DNA of 64,000 nt, taken from positions 16,924 to 80,923 of IMG/VR virus record IMGVR_UViG_3300015360_000032; one strand, written 5' to 3'. The stretch is from a virus. Below the pieces are notes generated by a model that was not told where the DNA came from, did not search any database, and saw only the letters and a list, made by a program, of their open reading frames with translations. This document shows positions 18,771 through 29,000 of the stretch, in pieces; the first letter of the stretch is position 1; each line of letters begins with the position of its first letter. A program made the translations under genes and the position numbers.

Positions 18771-20039
18771 CTACGAGACAGTCGGAACCAACCCAACCAC
18801 AGCGATAGACCCCGCGCCGGGCTTAGCTACATAGCTACCGACAGTGTATGAGCCACTACCCGTGAATGTGAGAACCGTTTCTTCTCCCGTCGTTGTGACT
18901 GTCGGGGAGCCCGTGTGGTTACCACTATAGTTAAAAGTGAGCAGGCGCAGGATAACAACACCGGAGCCGCCTGCACCGCCAACACCGCCTGCGCCATTAA
19001 GACCGCCGCCACCGCCACCGCCATTACCCCGGTTAGCCGTATCCGTAGACCCTGCGGTACTCGTCGTTTCTAAACCACCCTCGCCGCCCGCTGCGTATGT
19101 CACGGCAGACCCGGAGATGGTACTAACTAAGCCGCTGCCCGCAGTAGTGACGCCACCGGCGCTGCCCGCGCCACCACCACCGCCACCTTTGCAGGCTGTG
19201 GAGCCAAACGTTCCTATGCCTGCACCGCCATTGTTACCCTGGCCTGCGGTGCCAGCACCACCCGCAGCGCTACCGGCAGTACCACCGCCACTACCGCCAG
19301 CGCCACCCAACTGGAAGCCGCCTCGACCGCCGCCCGTACAAGTTACGGTCGTGAACCCGTCCCCAGAGATAGATGAATCGCTTCCTGCGATTCCGGGGAC
19401 GCCACTCGGGCTGGCCGCGCCTGCACCTACCGTTACAGTAATCACGACTCCGCTAGCCAACGTAGTAAGCTTGCCGGTTTTCAAGCCCCCCGCGCCACCG
19501 CCACCGCCCCCGACGCTAGCGCCGCCGCCGCTACCGCTACCTCCACCGGCCGCGACCAGATAGCTAATGCCATCTGAACGATCAACCACAGGGGCTAGAC
19601 CACTAAACGTGGCTGATCCTTGTGCTGGCGAACGAGTCGAGATAACGGTAGGTGCGAGACCCGCAAACGATACGCTGCCCCTCCCGGTTACGGCATATAT
19701 TGTTGTATTGAGAGCCGTAGGGGCATATGTCGTAATGCTTAGTGCGCGGCTGCCCACCGCAATCGGCAAGCCACGGAAGATATCCAAACCTACCGGGAAG
19801 TTGTTGGTGGTAATTCCGAAGAAGATAGCAGGGTCAGCGCGTACATTGACCGCAAACGGGTTGGGCGTTGCGCTTCCTGTGAATGTAGTCGGGGCGTCAC
19901 GTAGATTGACCGCAAAAGGATTCGGGGTAGCGCGTCCTAAGAATATATACGGGGACTCGCTGAGCAATACGGGAAATGAGTTAACCCCCACACCACGGAA
20001 GACATTATTGTTTCCAAAGATATATGGGTTAACTATCAC
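18771..20039 (-). CDS. glycine-rich tail/fibre protein
   Basis: YLVAAGGG...GGGGAGG...GGSGVVILR glycine-rich domain plus fibre-type repeats. Confidence 0.75.
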   Translation of the reverse strand: MIVNPYIFGNNNVFRGVGVNSFPVLLSESPYIFLGRATPNPFAVNLRDAPTTFTGSATPNPFAVNVRADPAIFFGITTNNFPVGLDIFRGLPIAVGSRALSITTYAPTALNTTIYAVTGRGSVSFAGLAPTVISTRSPAQGSATFSGLAPVVDRSDGISYLVAAGGGSGSGGGASVGGGGGGAGGLKTGKLTTLASGVVITVTVGAGAASPSGVPGIAGSDSSISGDGFTTVTCTGGGRGGFQLGGAGGSGGGTAGSAAGGAGTAGQGNNGGAGIGTFGSTACKGGGGGGAGSAGGVTTAGSGLVSTISGSAVTYAAGGEGGLETTSTAGSTDTANRGNGGGGGGGLNGAGGVGGAGGSGVVILRLLTFNYSGNHTGSPTVTTTGEETVLTFTGSGSYTVGSYVAKPGAGSIAVVGLVPTVS

Positions 20040-20051
20040 CGCAAATCCTAA

Positions 20052-20624
20052 TTAGTAAGTCCAAAGACTCGGGAACTCAATCTTCAGGTTCCGAATACGG
20101 TAATTCGTACCGGAGACGATACTGACATCAGGTATTTCCAGATCGGAACCAGAGCCTGGAAGACCTACCGTACCTATAAGGCTATGCCGGATACTGTCGC
20201 TAAACTGTCCGCCGCCGTTACCCATTCGCAAATGCCACCAAAACCAGGTTGCTGTGCCCGACACAACCGCCGTTTTATACCCTGACGTGATAGTTGACGG
20301 ATTGCTTGTTTGGTCTGTCAGCGCAAAATCATCCGTAGCATACCCCGGGTTGGCACCATCAGCGTGGTGTGTACATTGAAAATTGACAAGAATATCTGCT
20401 GACCGAGCAGAGAAGCCCGTCAAAGAGGCCAGGGAAGCAATGGTGCCTCTCATTATGCCAATCTGGCCCCACGTACCCGGATCGAAGTAGTTACCTGCGT
20501 TCTTCGCCATTAACAGTCCGGCTATAGGCGCGCTGATGCCGAGGCCGTTAGACTCCACGTCCCGCCGAATAACCCGCGCCGGCAACCCAGCCATTATCCC
20601 TGCACTAAGTTCAACTGAAGCCAT
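20052..20624 (-). CDS. virion structural protein
   Basis: GTATWFW...GTVG...GSDL motif; paralogous to the neighbouring gene. Confidence 0.65.
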   Translation of the reverse strand: MASVELSAGIMAGLPARVIRRDVESNGLGISAPIAGLLMAKNAGNYFDPGTWGQIGIMRGTIASLASLTGFSARSADILVNFQCTHHADGANPGYATDDFALTDQTSNPSTITSGYKTAVVSGTATWFWWHLRMGNGGGQFSDSIRHSLIGTVGLPGSGSDLEIPDVSIVSGTNYRIRNLKIEFPSLWTY

Positions 20625-20642
20625 TTTGAATTCTCCTAAAAA

Positions 20643-21098
20643 TTAAGACATTGTGGCGGCAAGGCTACCGTCGATGATTACTTTGCTAACACCGGACGTA
20701 AAGGCGGTACTAGAGAATCTAAGAATGCCGACTCCACCCGCATCGCTTACATCACCAACAGTGAAAATCGTTGTAGGTAGAGCCGCATTCATTGCACCTA
20801 GCGCGGGATTCGTTCCCCAGAGAATGCACCAAGTTCCAGTACCTGTATTGCTCGCGTTGACGGCAGCAGGAATGGCAGACAGGGAAAGCGTGTTAGTGGA
20901 GTACGCCCATGTTGCCCCTACGTAATGCGCCAAGAAGTTTGCGTTGCCGCTGTTGTACGACGCAAAGGCTGCGGCGATACCTGCGGCGGAAGGCTTCGAT
21001 CCCGAGTAAATAGTGATTGCAAAGGGCGAAGCCATAGCCGCAAAGACGCCTTGGTAAACGAAGAGGCCCGCGAGCGATGGGGAATATTGCATTGTCAT
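20643..21098 (-). CDS. virion structural protein
   Basis: ITIYSGSKP...GTGTW...GDVS pattern common in tail-associated proteins. Confidence 0.65.
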   Translation of the reverse strand: MTMQYSPSLAGLFVYQGVFAAMASPFAITIYSGSKPSAAGIAAAFASYNSGNANFLAHYVGATWAYSTNTLSLSAIPAAVNASNTGTGTWCILWGTNPALGAMNAALPTTIFTVGDVSDAGGVGILRFSSTAFTSGVSKVIIDGSLAATMS

Positions 21099-21125
21099 AT
21101 CAGTTTCCTTAGATTGAAATCAATT

Positions 21126-21842
21126 TCAATACGATCCGATGAGGGTGGCTACGAGCCCTTTTGCGGTACCGTTACCTATCTGGGTTACGTGGATAGTGAC
21201 CCGCGAATCGTCGGCAATGGCGACATCGCTGATAACCGCAGGAGTGACAGCCGTAACACTGGTTGTTTCTGTGTTGTCGATGGTGAGCAATGTACTTAGA
21301 ACGGTTACTCCATTCTCTCTGATGTCCACAGTGAAGAGCGCGCCGCTTGCTTGCGCCGTTTGCAGAGAGATTCTAACCGCAGCCAGGGTAAATGCGCGGG
21401 GCTGGCGCCAACCCATAACTTCACCAACCTCCAATGGACTCAGATCATAGTCTGAGCAAGCTACTTGCTTTTCATAGTAGTTGGTAATGCCCAGAAGACT
21501 GGTCAGCGTCACCCAGTTAGCAGAGACGTAGGAGTAGTAGCGGGCCTCATCGACCGCGAAAACCAGCCAACCAGATTTGGGGGGAAAGAATTCCCAGATC
21601 GTACCGTTGTACCTTGCGATTTTCTTGTCATGGGTTGACCAAGACCCTGTAGCCGCTGGACCTACGATGTAGGTATCCCCCGAGGTAGGTGACCCGGGTG
21701 GCGCAGTCAAGTCCTTGTCAATCACCTTGGCTTGAGCTAGAGCGTCAACCTTTCTCAGGTTGGCGTTCATGGCATCGCCCCAGAGTGTTTCTCCAAGGAC
21801 CCAACCATGCATCAGTTCAATATTTTGAAGAGCAGCAGGCAT
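21126..21842 (-). CDS. DUF2793-domain tail protein
   Basis: DLTAPPGSPTSGDTYIVGPAATGSW...W.F.PP..GW DUF2793 signature. Confidence 0.85.
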   Translation of the reverse strand: MPAALQNIELMHGWVLGETLWGDAMNANLRKVDALAQAKVIDKDLTAPPGSPTSGDTYIVGPAATGSWSTHDKKIARYNGTIWEFFPPKSGWLVFAVDEARYYSYVSANWVTLTSLLGITNYYEKQVACSDYDLSPLEVGEVMGWRQPRAFTLAAVRISLQTAQASGALFTVDIRENGVTVLSTLLTIDNTETTSVTAVTPAVISDVAIADDSRVTIHVTQIGNGTAKGLVATLIGSY

Positions 21843-21893
21843 ATCAATTCACCTTTTCTGAAATCAATTTCAATTTAGTAGATTGTAGGACAG

Positions 21894-24638
21894 TTACGGG
21901 GTACCGCCCCAGTCATAGCCCCAACCAACGCCCCAGCCCTTAGTAATGGCTTTCGGCTCATTACCAGATAGAGTGATCGTTCCGGTACCAGGGGCAACGC
22001 CCTGAGTCATAAAGAAGTCAACTACGTATTTTTGGTATGACTCTAGAGCAGACCGTACAGACCACAACTCAACTCGAATGCTGTACGGGCTGCCGTCGCT
22101 CTGCCAATCACTATAGTTGTACGTGTAGCTGAGACCAGTGATTCCCGCAACTGTCCGGAGAACTGCACTGGTAATCCGGTTCGTGATCTTAACCGTGTAC
22201 GTCGTTCCCGCCTCAGGTGATACGCTTGAATCTTGGTGATATACCAGATTTTCAAACTGAGTTAGACGGTTTCTATGGAACCAGCTAAGGGCGAAGCTAC
22301 CCGGGCGGCTGATCACATTAGGGAAGGGAATTCCATTAAATTGAACGTTTGCCGGGGGGTACGGACGGGGATGACGAAGCACCATCGTCTTCGTAACCGG
22401 AGGAGCCAGAGAGAAAGCTAGCGTGCCGTTAGAAGTACGGGTAAGCGCTCTGCCCGTGACCTCCTCAGTTTCAGAGTAGTAGGTAGGATCGCGCCCCCAC
22501 CCACTTAGATAGAAATACATCCGAGATAGTGCAGCATGACTTTGAGGAATAGTGTCAGCACATCCTCGGGCTATAGCCATCACTCCTGTTCCAGCGTCGA
22601 AACTAACTATTCTGACAATCTCATCATTAATCATGGCAGGCAATCCCGCCACAATACCCTGCCCAACGAGGCTCGAAACTACGATTGAAGTCTGTAGTGG
22701 GGTTAGGGCAAGCACACAGACGCAACTAGGCGTCCATTTACCCGTTCCTTTTACACTAAAGGCTCCACCTGTAATGCCGGTATGAATTCCATAATCCAGA
22801 GACAGAGGTGTCGGCCTGACAGAAAGCAACGTGACGAACGTTTCATTGCCGGTCAAGGCATAAAACTGCGGTGCCGCCATCGCCTTTAGCAAGAAAATAT
22901 ATGGCGACTCGACCATTGCCGTAGCAGTCGCGGCTATCGGAGGGGCGCCTGATGGCGGGGTAACGATGGGGTCAGACCCAACAAAAGATGTAGCCGATAG
23001 GCCAAACACGTCTTGCAGAGCGGTGACGGCCATGGTGCCGTCGTCCTGGCTGCGATCTTCAATCTTGCCAACGCGCAAAAGCATAGCGCCTATGCTGCGA
23101 TTTGCGTCACTAAATCTAAAAACTTGGCCCGGAGTCAGCCTCCATGCCCTGCGATCCATGATGAACTTAAAGCGGCGAATGGGTGTTCCGCCGACTCTCA
23201 GGTCTCTTTGGGCAAGGCGGGCAGCTAACTCTGGGGTAGGAATGCCAGGGTAGCTCACTGACTTGCTGTATATTGCTCCCGTAGCCTGCGCGGAGCCAAC
23301 ATTTTGCGCTCTGACCTGTCGAGTATCCCCCGTAACAGCGTCCGTGTAGCTGAGAACGACTTCATTGATCAGCGTTTGCGGAGAGGAAGAATCGTCTTCC
23401 TCGATAGAGAGAATGCCGCTGCTGGTCGTGAATTCGGTCAGGTCTTCGATTCGGGTAGCGTCCCGCATAATTCGTAGGTGAATCAGCCCACTTTCGCGGC
23501 TCTCAAAAAGAACCCCACCTATGTGGTCAATGACTTGCTGAACAAAAGCCTCGACAGTGTCTTCCCGCGTCCATCGGATACACAAACCAAGCTTCTCAGC
23601 GTAGAGGCTGTCCGCGACCTTAGTAAACGTTTCGTTGTCCAGTTTCGCCCGTGGTAAACCTCTGCCCCAGTCTCTATTTGTCAGACACTCATAGATAATA
23701 TGCGCGGGGTTCATTGCCTTTATGGTTGCGCGCTCTGTCGATAGGCCCCCGTTAACAGCCGCAGGGGGAGCAAGTCGATCAATCGTATAGAGGATTTCTA
23801 CCGCCTCACCGGGAGCTATGTAGGTGCCGGCGATGACTTCCGCAGTAGTCCAACTAACCGCGCCTGCATCTAGTTGTGGGGTGCCTATCTCAAAACCACG
23901 GTAAAAAACAGAGAGGACACTCGTGGCTAGGATGCCGTCTGTGTACCAGGGTATCGTAAGTCCGTCCGACCCGACGTAGGAATATTGAGACAGTGTTACT
24001 GTTTCCGTAGCCCCCGAGGCAGGTGCAGGAGTCTCACCGGGGCGAAACAGTTCGATGACGGCTTTTTCTGGGTACCAAACGGCACCATCCCAGCCCATCA
24101 ATGCGCGGCGTACTCGAAACTTCCACGGCTTAGGGTATGCGCTCATAGCGCAAATCATGCCGTCAAAGAACAGGGTGAACATGCCTCGGAAGCCAGAGAC
24201 AAGACCACCAAGGAATGCTTGTAGACGGGGATTGACAGGCTGATTTGCCTCGCCCATCAAAACCTCTAAAGAGCCTTGAACACCCCCTTCTTTTTCCTCC
24301 CCGCCGAATAGCTCGGGGACGTTGATAGAAATAGTGCCAGATGTCGTGACGGGAGGCGCAGAGTCAATGATTACTTCTGAGGGGGGAACACATGTCTCGA
24401 CGACTGCTAGGTTAATACCCGGTATACCCGTAAACGAGTACGTGCATCCGCCGGCTGTTTGAACGGTACTACCAACAGGCCACGCTGTTTTGTCGCCAAT
24501 TTTTATTTCGACAAGAGCATCCACTGGGCCACGACATACGCCCATGTGAAGCTTCATAAAATAACGATATCCAATCGTTACTGGATCGCCCCCACTACTC
24601 ATTTTTTGCCTCAGCTTCTCTTTGAGCAAACGCCACAA
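21894..24638 (-). CDS. tail tip / central tail fibre protein
   Basis: GYRY, LFGGEEKEGG, MNPAHIIYECLTNRDWG, PYPPAN motifs of siphoviral tail proteins; start may be 24602. Confidence 0.85.
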   Translation of the reverse strand: MWRLLKEKLRQKMSSGGDPVTIGYRYFMKLHMGVCRGPVDALVEIKIGDKTAWPVGSTVQTAGGCTYSFTGIPGINLAVVETCVPPSEVIIDSAPPVTTSGTISINVPELFGGEEKEGGVQGSLEVLMGEANQPVNPRLQAFLGGLVSGFRGMFTLFFDGMICAMSAYPKPWKFRVRRALMGWDGAVWYPEKAVIELFRPGETPAPASGATETVTLSQYSYVGSDGLTIPWYTDGILATSVLSVFYRGFEIGTPQLDAGAVSWTTAEVIAGTYIAPGEAVEILYTIDRLAPPAAVNGGLSTERATIKAMNPAHIIYECLTNRDWGRGLPRAKLDNETFTKVADSLYAEKLGLCIRWTREDTVEAFVQQVIDHIGGVLFESRESGLIHLRIMRDATRIEDLTEFTTSSGILSIEEDDSSSPQTLINEVVLSYTDAVTGDTRQVRAQNVGSAQATGAIYSKSVSYPGIPTPELAARLAQRDLRVGGTPIRRFKFIMDRRAWRLTPGQVFRFSDANRSIGAMLLRVGKIEDRSQDDGTMAVTALQDVFGLSATSFVGSDPIVTPPSGAPPIAATATAMVESPYIFLLKAMAAPQFYALTGNETFVTLLSVRPTPLSLDYGIHTGITGGAFSVKGTGKWTPSCVCVLALTPLQTSIVVSSLVGQGIVAGLPAMINDEIVRIVSFDAGTGVMAIARGCADTIPQSHAALSRMYFYLSGWGRDPTYYSETEEVTGRALTRTSNGTLAFSLAPPVTKTMVLRHPRPYPPANVQFNGIPFPNVISRPGSFALSWFHRNRLTQFENLVYHQDSSVSPEAGTTYTVKITNRITSAVLRTVAGITGLSYTYNYSDWQSDGSPYSIRVELWSVRSALESYQKYVVDFFMTQGVAPGTGTITLSGNEPKAITKGWGVGWGYDWGGTP

Positions 24639-24810
24639 TAGCTTCGACCATAGGACCGCCAGTCGCGGCTAAGTCCGGTGCGGGTATTCCACTCTTGATA
24701 AAGTCCCGCCAATCAAGCCCATAGTGTATGAACCAGTCTCTGGCCCCGGGTGTTAAGCAGTAGCCGCACGACCGTATGTGGCGAGGATAAATACGAAGCT
24801 CATTAGCCAT
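24595..24810 (-). CDS. small tail assembly protein
   Basis: HIR...YC..GAR.WF..YGLDW.DF motif in the conserved position. Confidence 0.8.
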   Translation of the reverse strand: MANELRIYPRHIRSCGYCLTPGARDWFIHYGLDWRDFIKSGIPAPDLAATGGPMVEAIVAFAQREAEAKNE

Positions 24811-24814
24811 ATGG

Positions 24815-25123
24815 TTACCCCCGCTCTATCGGGGTGGTTGTCAGGTCGCCGTAACTCAGAACCATCCACCCGCCTGTCCAACAATCACCGAAAATAACCG
24901 CTTGTGCAGTTCCCTCGTCTGCCTGCGGGAATTCAAAGTCTTCTATGGTTGCGGCTTGTGGCTGTTGTGTCTTTGGTTTGGGGGCCAGCGCGCTAGAAAC
25001 TATTGCGATGATCACCATAATGATGAAGTCATCCCACCCCATCAAGGCACCGAAATAATGCCCCTCAATCACCGGGGCATTTAGAGCTTGCCAAAAGACA
25101 AACAGATTATGCAGGATGTCCAT
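24815..25123 (-). CDS. small tail tip assembly protein
   Basis: APKPK...DFEFPQADEG...VIFG motif; start may be further downstream. Confidence 0.75.
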   Translation of the reverse strand: MDILHNLFVFWQALNAPVIEGHYFGALMGWDDFIIMVIIAIVSSALAPKPKTQQPQAATIEDFEFPQADEGTAQAVIFGDCWTGGWMVLSYGDLTTTPIERG

Positions 25124-25144
25124 CGTTATTCCTTGAAATCAATT

Positions 25145-25999
25145 TCAAAAAACAGGGTTTCCGTCGAAAGGGCTCTTACCCTGTAGGTGATTGATCCCAC
25201 CGTAATTCACCATGTTGTTAAACTTCTCACTGCACACACTCGCTATTCTGGCACAGCCGGGGAACGAAGCAACCGTATCGCCTGTGCTAAGTGGTGATGT
25301 CAACCCTTGCAGGGTGATTGTGTCGCCAATATGAGTGCTGATACCCATTCTTTCCGTCACCCCGGCAAGGCTCTCCCACTCAATAAAGCCACCGGAAAAG
25401 TATCCATCGGGCGATAGTGCGAGAGAAGTATGCGCTATCGTTATTGCGTCCACTATAGTGATAAACGCCAGAGTCACCAGAAAAGAGTTTCTGTTTACGT
25501 TGCACCCGCGACCGTAGAGCACATGCGGGCAGTTGCGAGCCCACGATAGGCGCAAGCCCCCACGAGCTAAGGTGATCTGGCTTGTGTTACACACAAAGAC
25601 TCGTTCGTTGAGCTTCGTGCGCTTGATAGTTAGGATTGATCCATTCCAATGCACAGGCGCATCCCCAATCAGCGCGGGGCCAGTGACTACGTTAGCGACG
25701 GCTTCATCGATATGTATTTTTCTCAGCCTGATCTGAATCTCTTCGCTAGGGGTGATCGTATCAAGGTAAGTACAAAGCGGTGCATCCGTGGCTATCGTGA
25801 TGCTCAGGTCATCAGACGCGGCATCGCCGCTCTGTAGTACCGACCCTATCGAAATGGCTACCGGGGTATACACGTTACCTAAAAACGTGATGGGCGTTTC
25901 CAAGTTGGTGTACCGCCACGTAATGCCGGTGCGATAGAACTCATAGAGAAACCCCGGTCGCCCGTCCTGCGCCGAAGTTTCACGACTGTTGAATGACAT
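25145..25999 (-). CDS. BR0599/DUF2163-family tail protein (gpL-like)
   Basis: CPHVLYGRGC, FSGG, PGC......C..KFNN..NYGG cysteine pattern. Confidence 0.88.
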   Translation of the reverse strand: MSFNSRETSAQDGRPGFLYEFYRTGITWRYTNLETPITFLGNVYTPVAISIGSVLQSGDAASDDLSITIATDAPLCTYLDTITPSEEIQIRLRKIHIDEAVANVVTGPALIGDAPVHWNGSILTIKRTKLNERVFVCNTSQITLARGGLRLSWARNCPHVLYGRGCNVNRNSFLVTLAFITIVDAITIAHTSLALSPDGYFSGGFIEWESLAGVTERMGISTHIGDTITLQGLTSPLSTGDTVASFPGCARIASVCSEKFNNMVNYGGINHLQGKSPFDGNPVF

Positions 26000-26002
26000 G
26001 GT

Positions 26003-29000
26003 TTACCTTTTTGAAATCAATTTATAATCTACGAGCAAGACAACCGCTAAGTCGCTAACACTGGCGACGATAGCTGCATCGCTCGGGGCGGTGGCAATAT
26101 CAATCTTGACTACGTTGCTTCGGTATCCCGGGCTATTCAGATTCCAAATCCATTGACGGAGTGTGGTTAGTTGCAACCAAACCCCTGTGGCTGCGCTGAT
26201 GGGAGATGAGGGTGGAGTACCCGACGTAACTGTTAATTTAACCCAGTGCGTGTTTCCTACCCCCGCCAGGATAGACGAATACCAGCTTGATCCTGAAGCA
26301 CTGCCGTTGCCCGTTGTCGATAGCGCGCCGTCTGTGTAGAAATAGACTCCGCAACTGGCGCTGCTTGGCAGTAGTACCTCGTCATTAATGTCGAAAACAG
26401 GAATCGGATTTACCACGCCTGGGGGAGGTGCCGGCACTACGCCGCCGATGATTACCGCGCCGGCGGGCGGTGTAGAGACTACCGGAGGAAAGCCCAAGGT
26501 TTCTACTGTGCCCTGCTGTCCAGCGCCATTGCAAAGATATTGAACCTGCAAACTTTGCACGGAGCCCGTTAAAGCAGGAGGTGTTTGTGTGCCTGTTGCA
26601 ATGAATTGCCATGTCAATGCAATGCAGAATCCAGCACCACCATAGCAAGTAGCCCAGTGATCGATTTCAGCTTCGACCGCAGCGGCGGGCGATCCATAGG
26701 TATAGCCAGAAACCGGAGCGCCGCAACTTGCTGTATTCGGGCCGTTGTACCGCCAAAGGCTAGACTGGGGCGGAGGCGGAGGCGGAGGCGGGGGCGGAGG
26801 CGGAGGCGGAGGCGGGGGCGGAGGCGGAGGCGAAGGCGGAGGCGGACAAAGCTGTTTTATCGAAACAGCATCATGGAACATTGTGTACCCTGCGTCGTTC
26901 GTTGATCCCATTTCAATGTAGTTGATGTTCGAGTTGAACCAAGGCGTAGAGGCAAGACTGCCTGTAAACGCCAAAACACCATCTAAAAGTACGCTGATTG
27001 TGTAGGTATCGACCCGTATCGTGACATTGATAGCCCCCGGCCCGGTGGGGGCTACCGCTTCATACAGACTAAACTCTTCACCGCCTGTTCTGTTTCGTAT
27101 AGTGATTTCTAGATAACTTGCTCCCAGGTCTGCTCGGTTGCTATACCAATAGACCACAGCGCTACCGCTGATCCCTATGTTGAACAGAAAATACCCAAAA
27201 GCATCGTACGATGTCGGGCTACCGTTGTACGTGCTGTGTGCTTGGAAATTGATTTCAAAAGGCACAGTAATGGGTATGTTGACCGCCGTGCCAATTCCCC
27301 CAACGACAAGCTCTCCGGGGGTAGTGTGAGCCCCCGCAGCGGAAGAGGACACGCTGCCTGTGCCGTCTAGAATAATTACATCAGAGGGGTTAGCAGGCCA
27401 CGGGCGCCACTGGAATGTCGTAGGGGCTATATCCGGGGTGTGCGCCGTTATTGCAGTCCCCGCCGTACCCGTAAAAGTATCCCTAAAGAGGAAATTCGGA
27501 ATACAAATCGTAGTAGCGGGGGGTACGCCATCTTCGAAGTCCCAGTAGTTGTTTCCACCACCTGTCAACACAGGAGGGGTGCCAATCGCTTGTCCCGGAA
27601 AACTCCACACAACTACACATTGGGTTAAGCCTTCCGTGTCAGCCTTGTGGTTTATCTCAATGCTGTCTAGATCGAGGTGCCCCAAAGCCAGGTAGCTGAT
27701 GCAGCGAATGTCATTGATTTCAATGGTTTGGGAGAACGCGGAATTGACACCGATTGCTTCCGTGTCTGCGTCAATCACAAGACTATCTGTGATCCGCCTT
27801 ACGATGTTTGTCCCGTTGCGAAGCTGAATCAGAATACGGTTGCGTCCCTCTTGAAGAGCGAGGTTGGCGGTGTACCCAATATTGCGAATAACGAAGCTCG
27901 CTTGCCCGTTCGGAATTGCCTCCACCACTGTGAAGTCGCTCATGAAGGTAGGCAGCCATATCGAGGTGTGCCGACCGCGCAGATAGTAGAGCAGTTTGCG
28001 CAGATCGTGATTGGCTTCAACGCCCTTGAAAGACCACCGATACGCTATGCTGCTGTACGTGGCGTTAGACGGATTCATTATCGAGGGCAGGGAGATTCCG
28101 TTGTCTATGATTAGGAACTGTTGCCCGTACTCGAAAGACAAATCCTCGCTATCGTCTGGCCGTTGCGTCAGGATAGGGATGCCACCAAGCGTAGCGTCGA
28201 AGGCAGAGGCAGCAGATGATTCGTTTATCGCAGTAAAGCCAGCCGGAATCGGGTACGTCATCTCGGCTGCGGTCGAGTGCAGCGTGCAGGTAAATGTAGG
28301 GATGTGCGGAAGGTGGTACAACTCGGGCTTGATCGCGGCACCAGCGAAAGAGGTCAGAGTCGAATATGGCTTGAAGTCAGTAGCCGGGTCGGGTAACGCG
28401 CCACTCTCTGACCCAGACCAGAGAGCCCACGCCCCATCCCTTCCAAGCCAGATGTGCCCAAGTTCAATGTCTACCGCGAACATCAAAGTTCGGGGACCGG
28501 ACCACTGCGTAGCCATAGAGAAGGGGTTACTACCCCCCAGGCTGTAAATGTTGGGGACCGCACCTATGGATTCAAGTATGAGTCCTTGATAGATACAGGC
28601 CAGTCGATGCCCCGCAGCCGTGACAAATCCGCACCATCCTACGTCGTTAGAGGCGGAGCTTTGGTCATGAACAAAGACTTCCCAGTAGACCTTACCCGTC
28701 GAGTTTGAGAATCTGTTACCTGTGACGTTGTGGTAAGTGTGCGGAGAACTGTTGATGAATCCGCCAATCGTTGCGGTCTTGTTGTTGTTCGAAAGCACTG
28801 GCACACCGGAAGACACCCAGAAAACGTCTGGAGAATCAACCACGGTATACGGGTATTTATTGTTCTCTCTGTAGTCGAATCGCATCGACACTTCAAAGAG
28901 TTCATCGCTCTTCTTGGCAGCTTTAGTTTGCTCAGAGATGTACGCAATGGATGCGGGGTAAACTAGAGTGGTAAGGGGCCACTCTCGGTCCAGCGGCGGA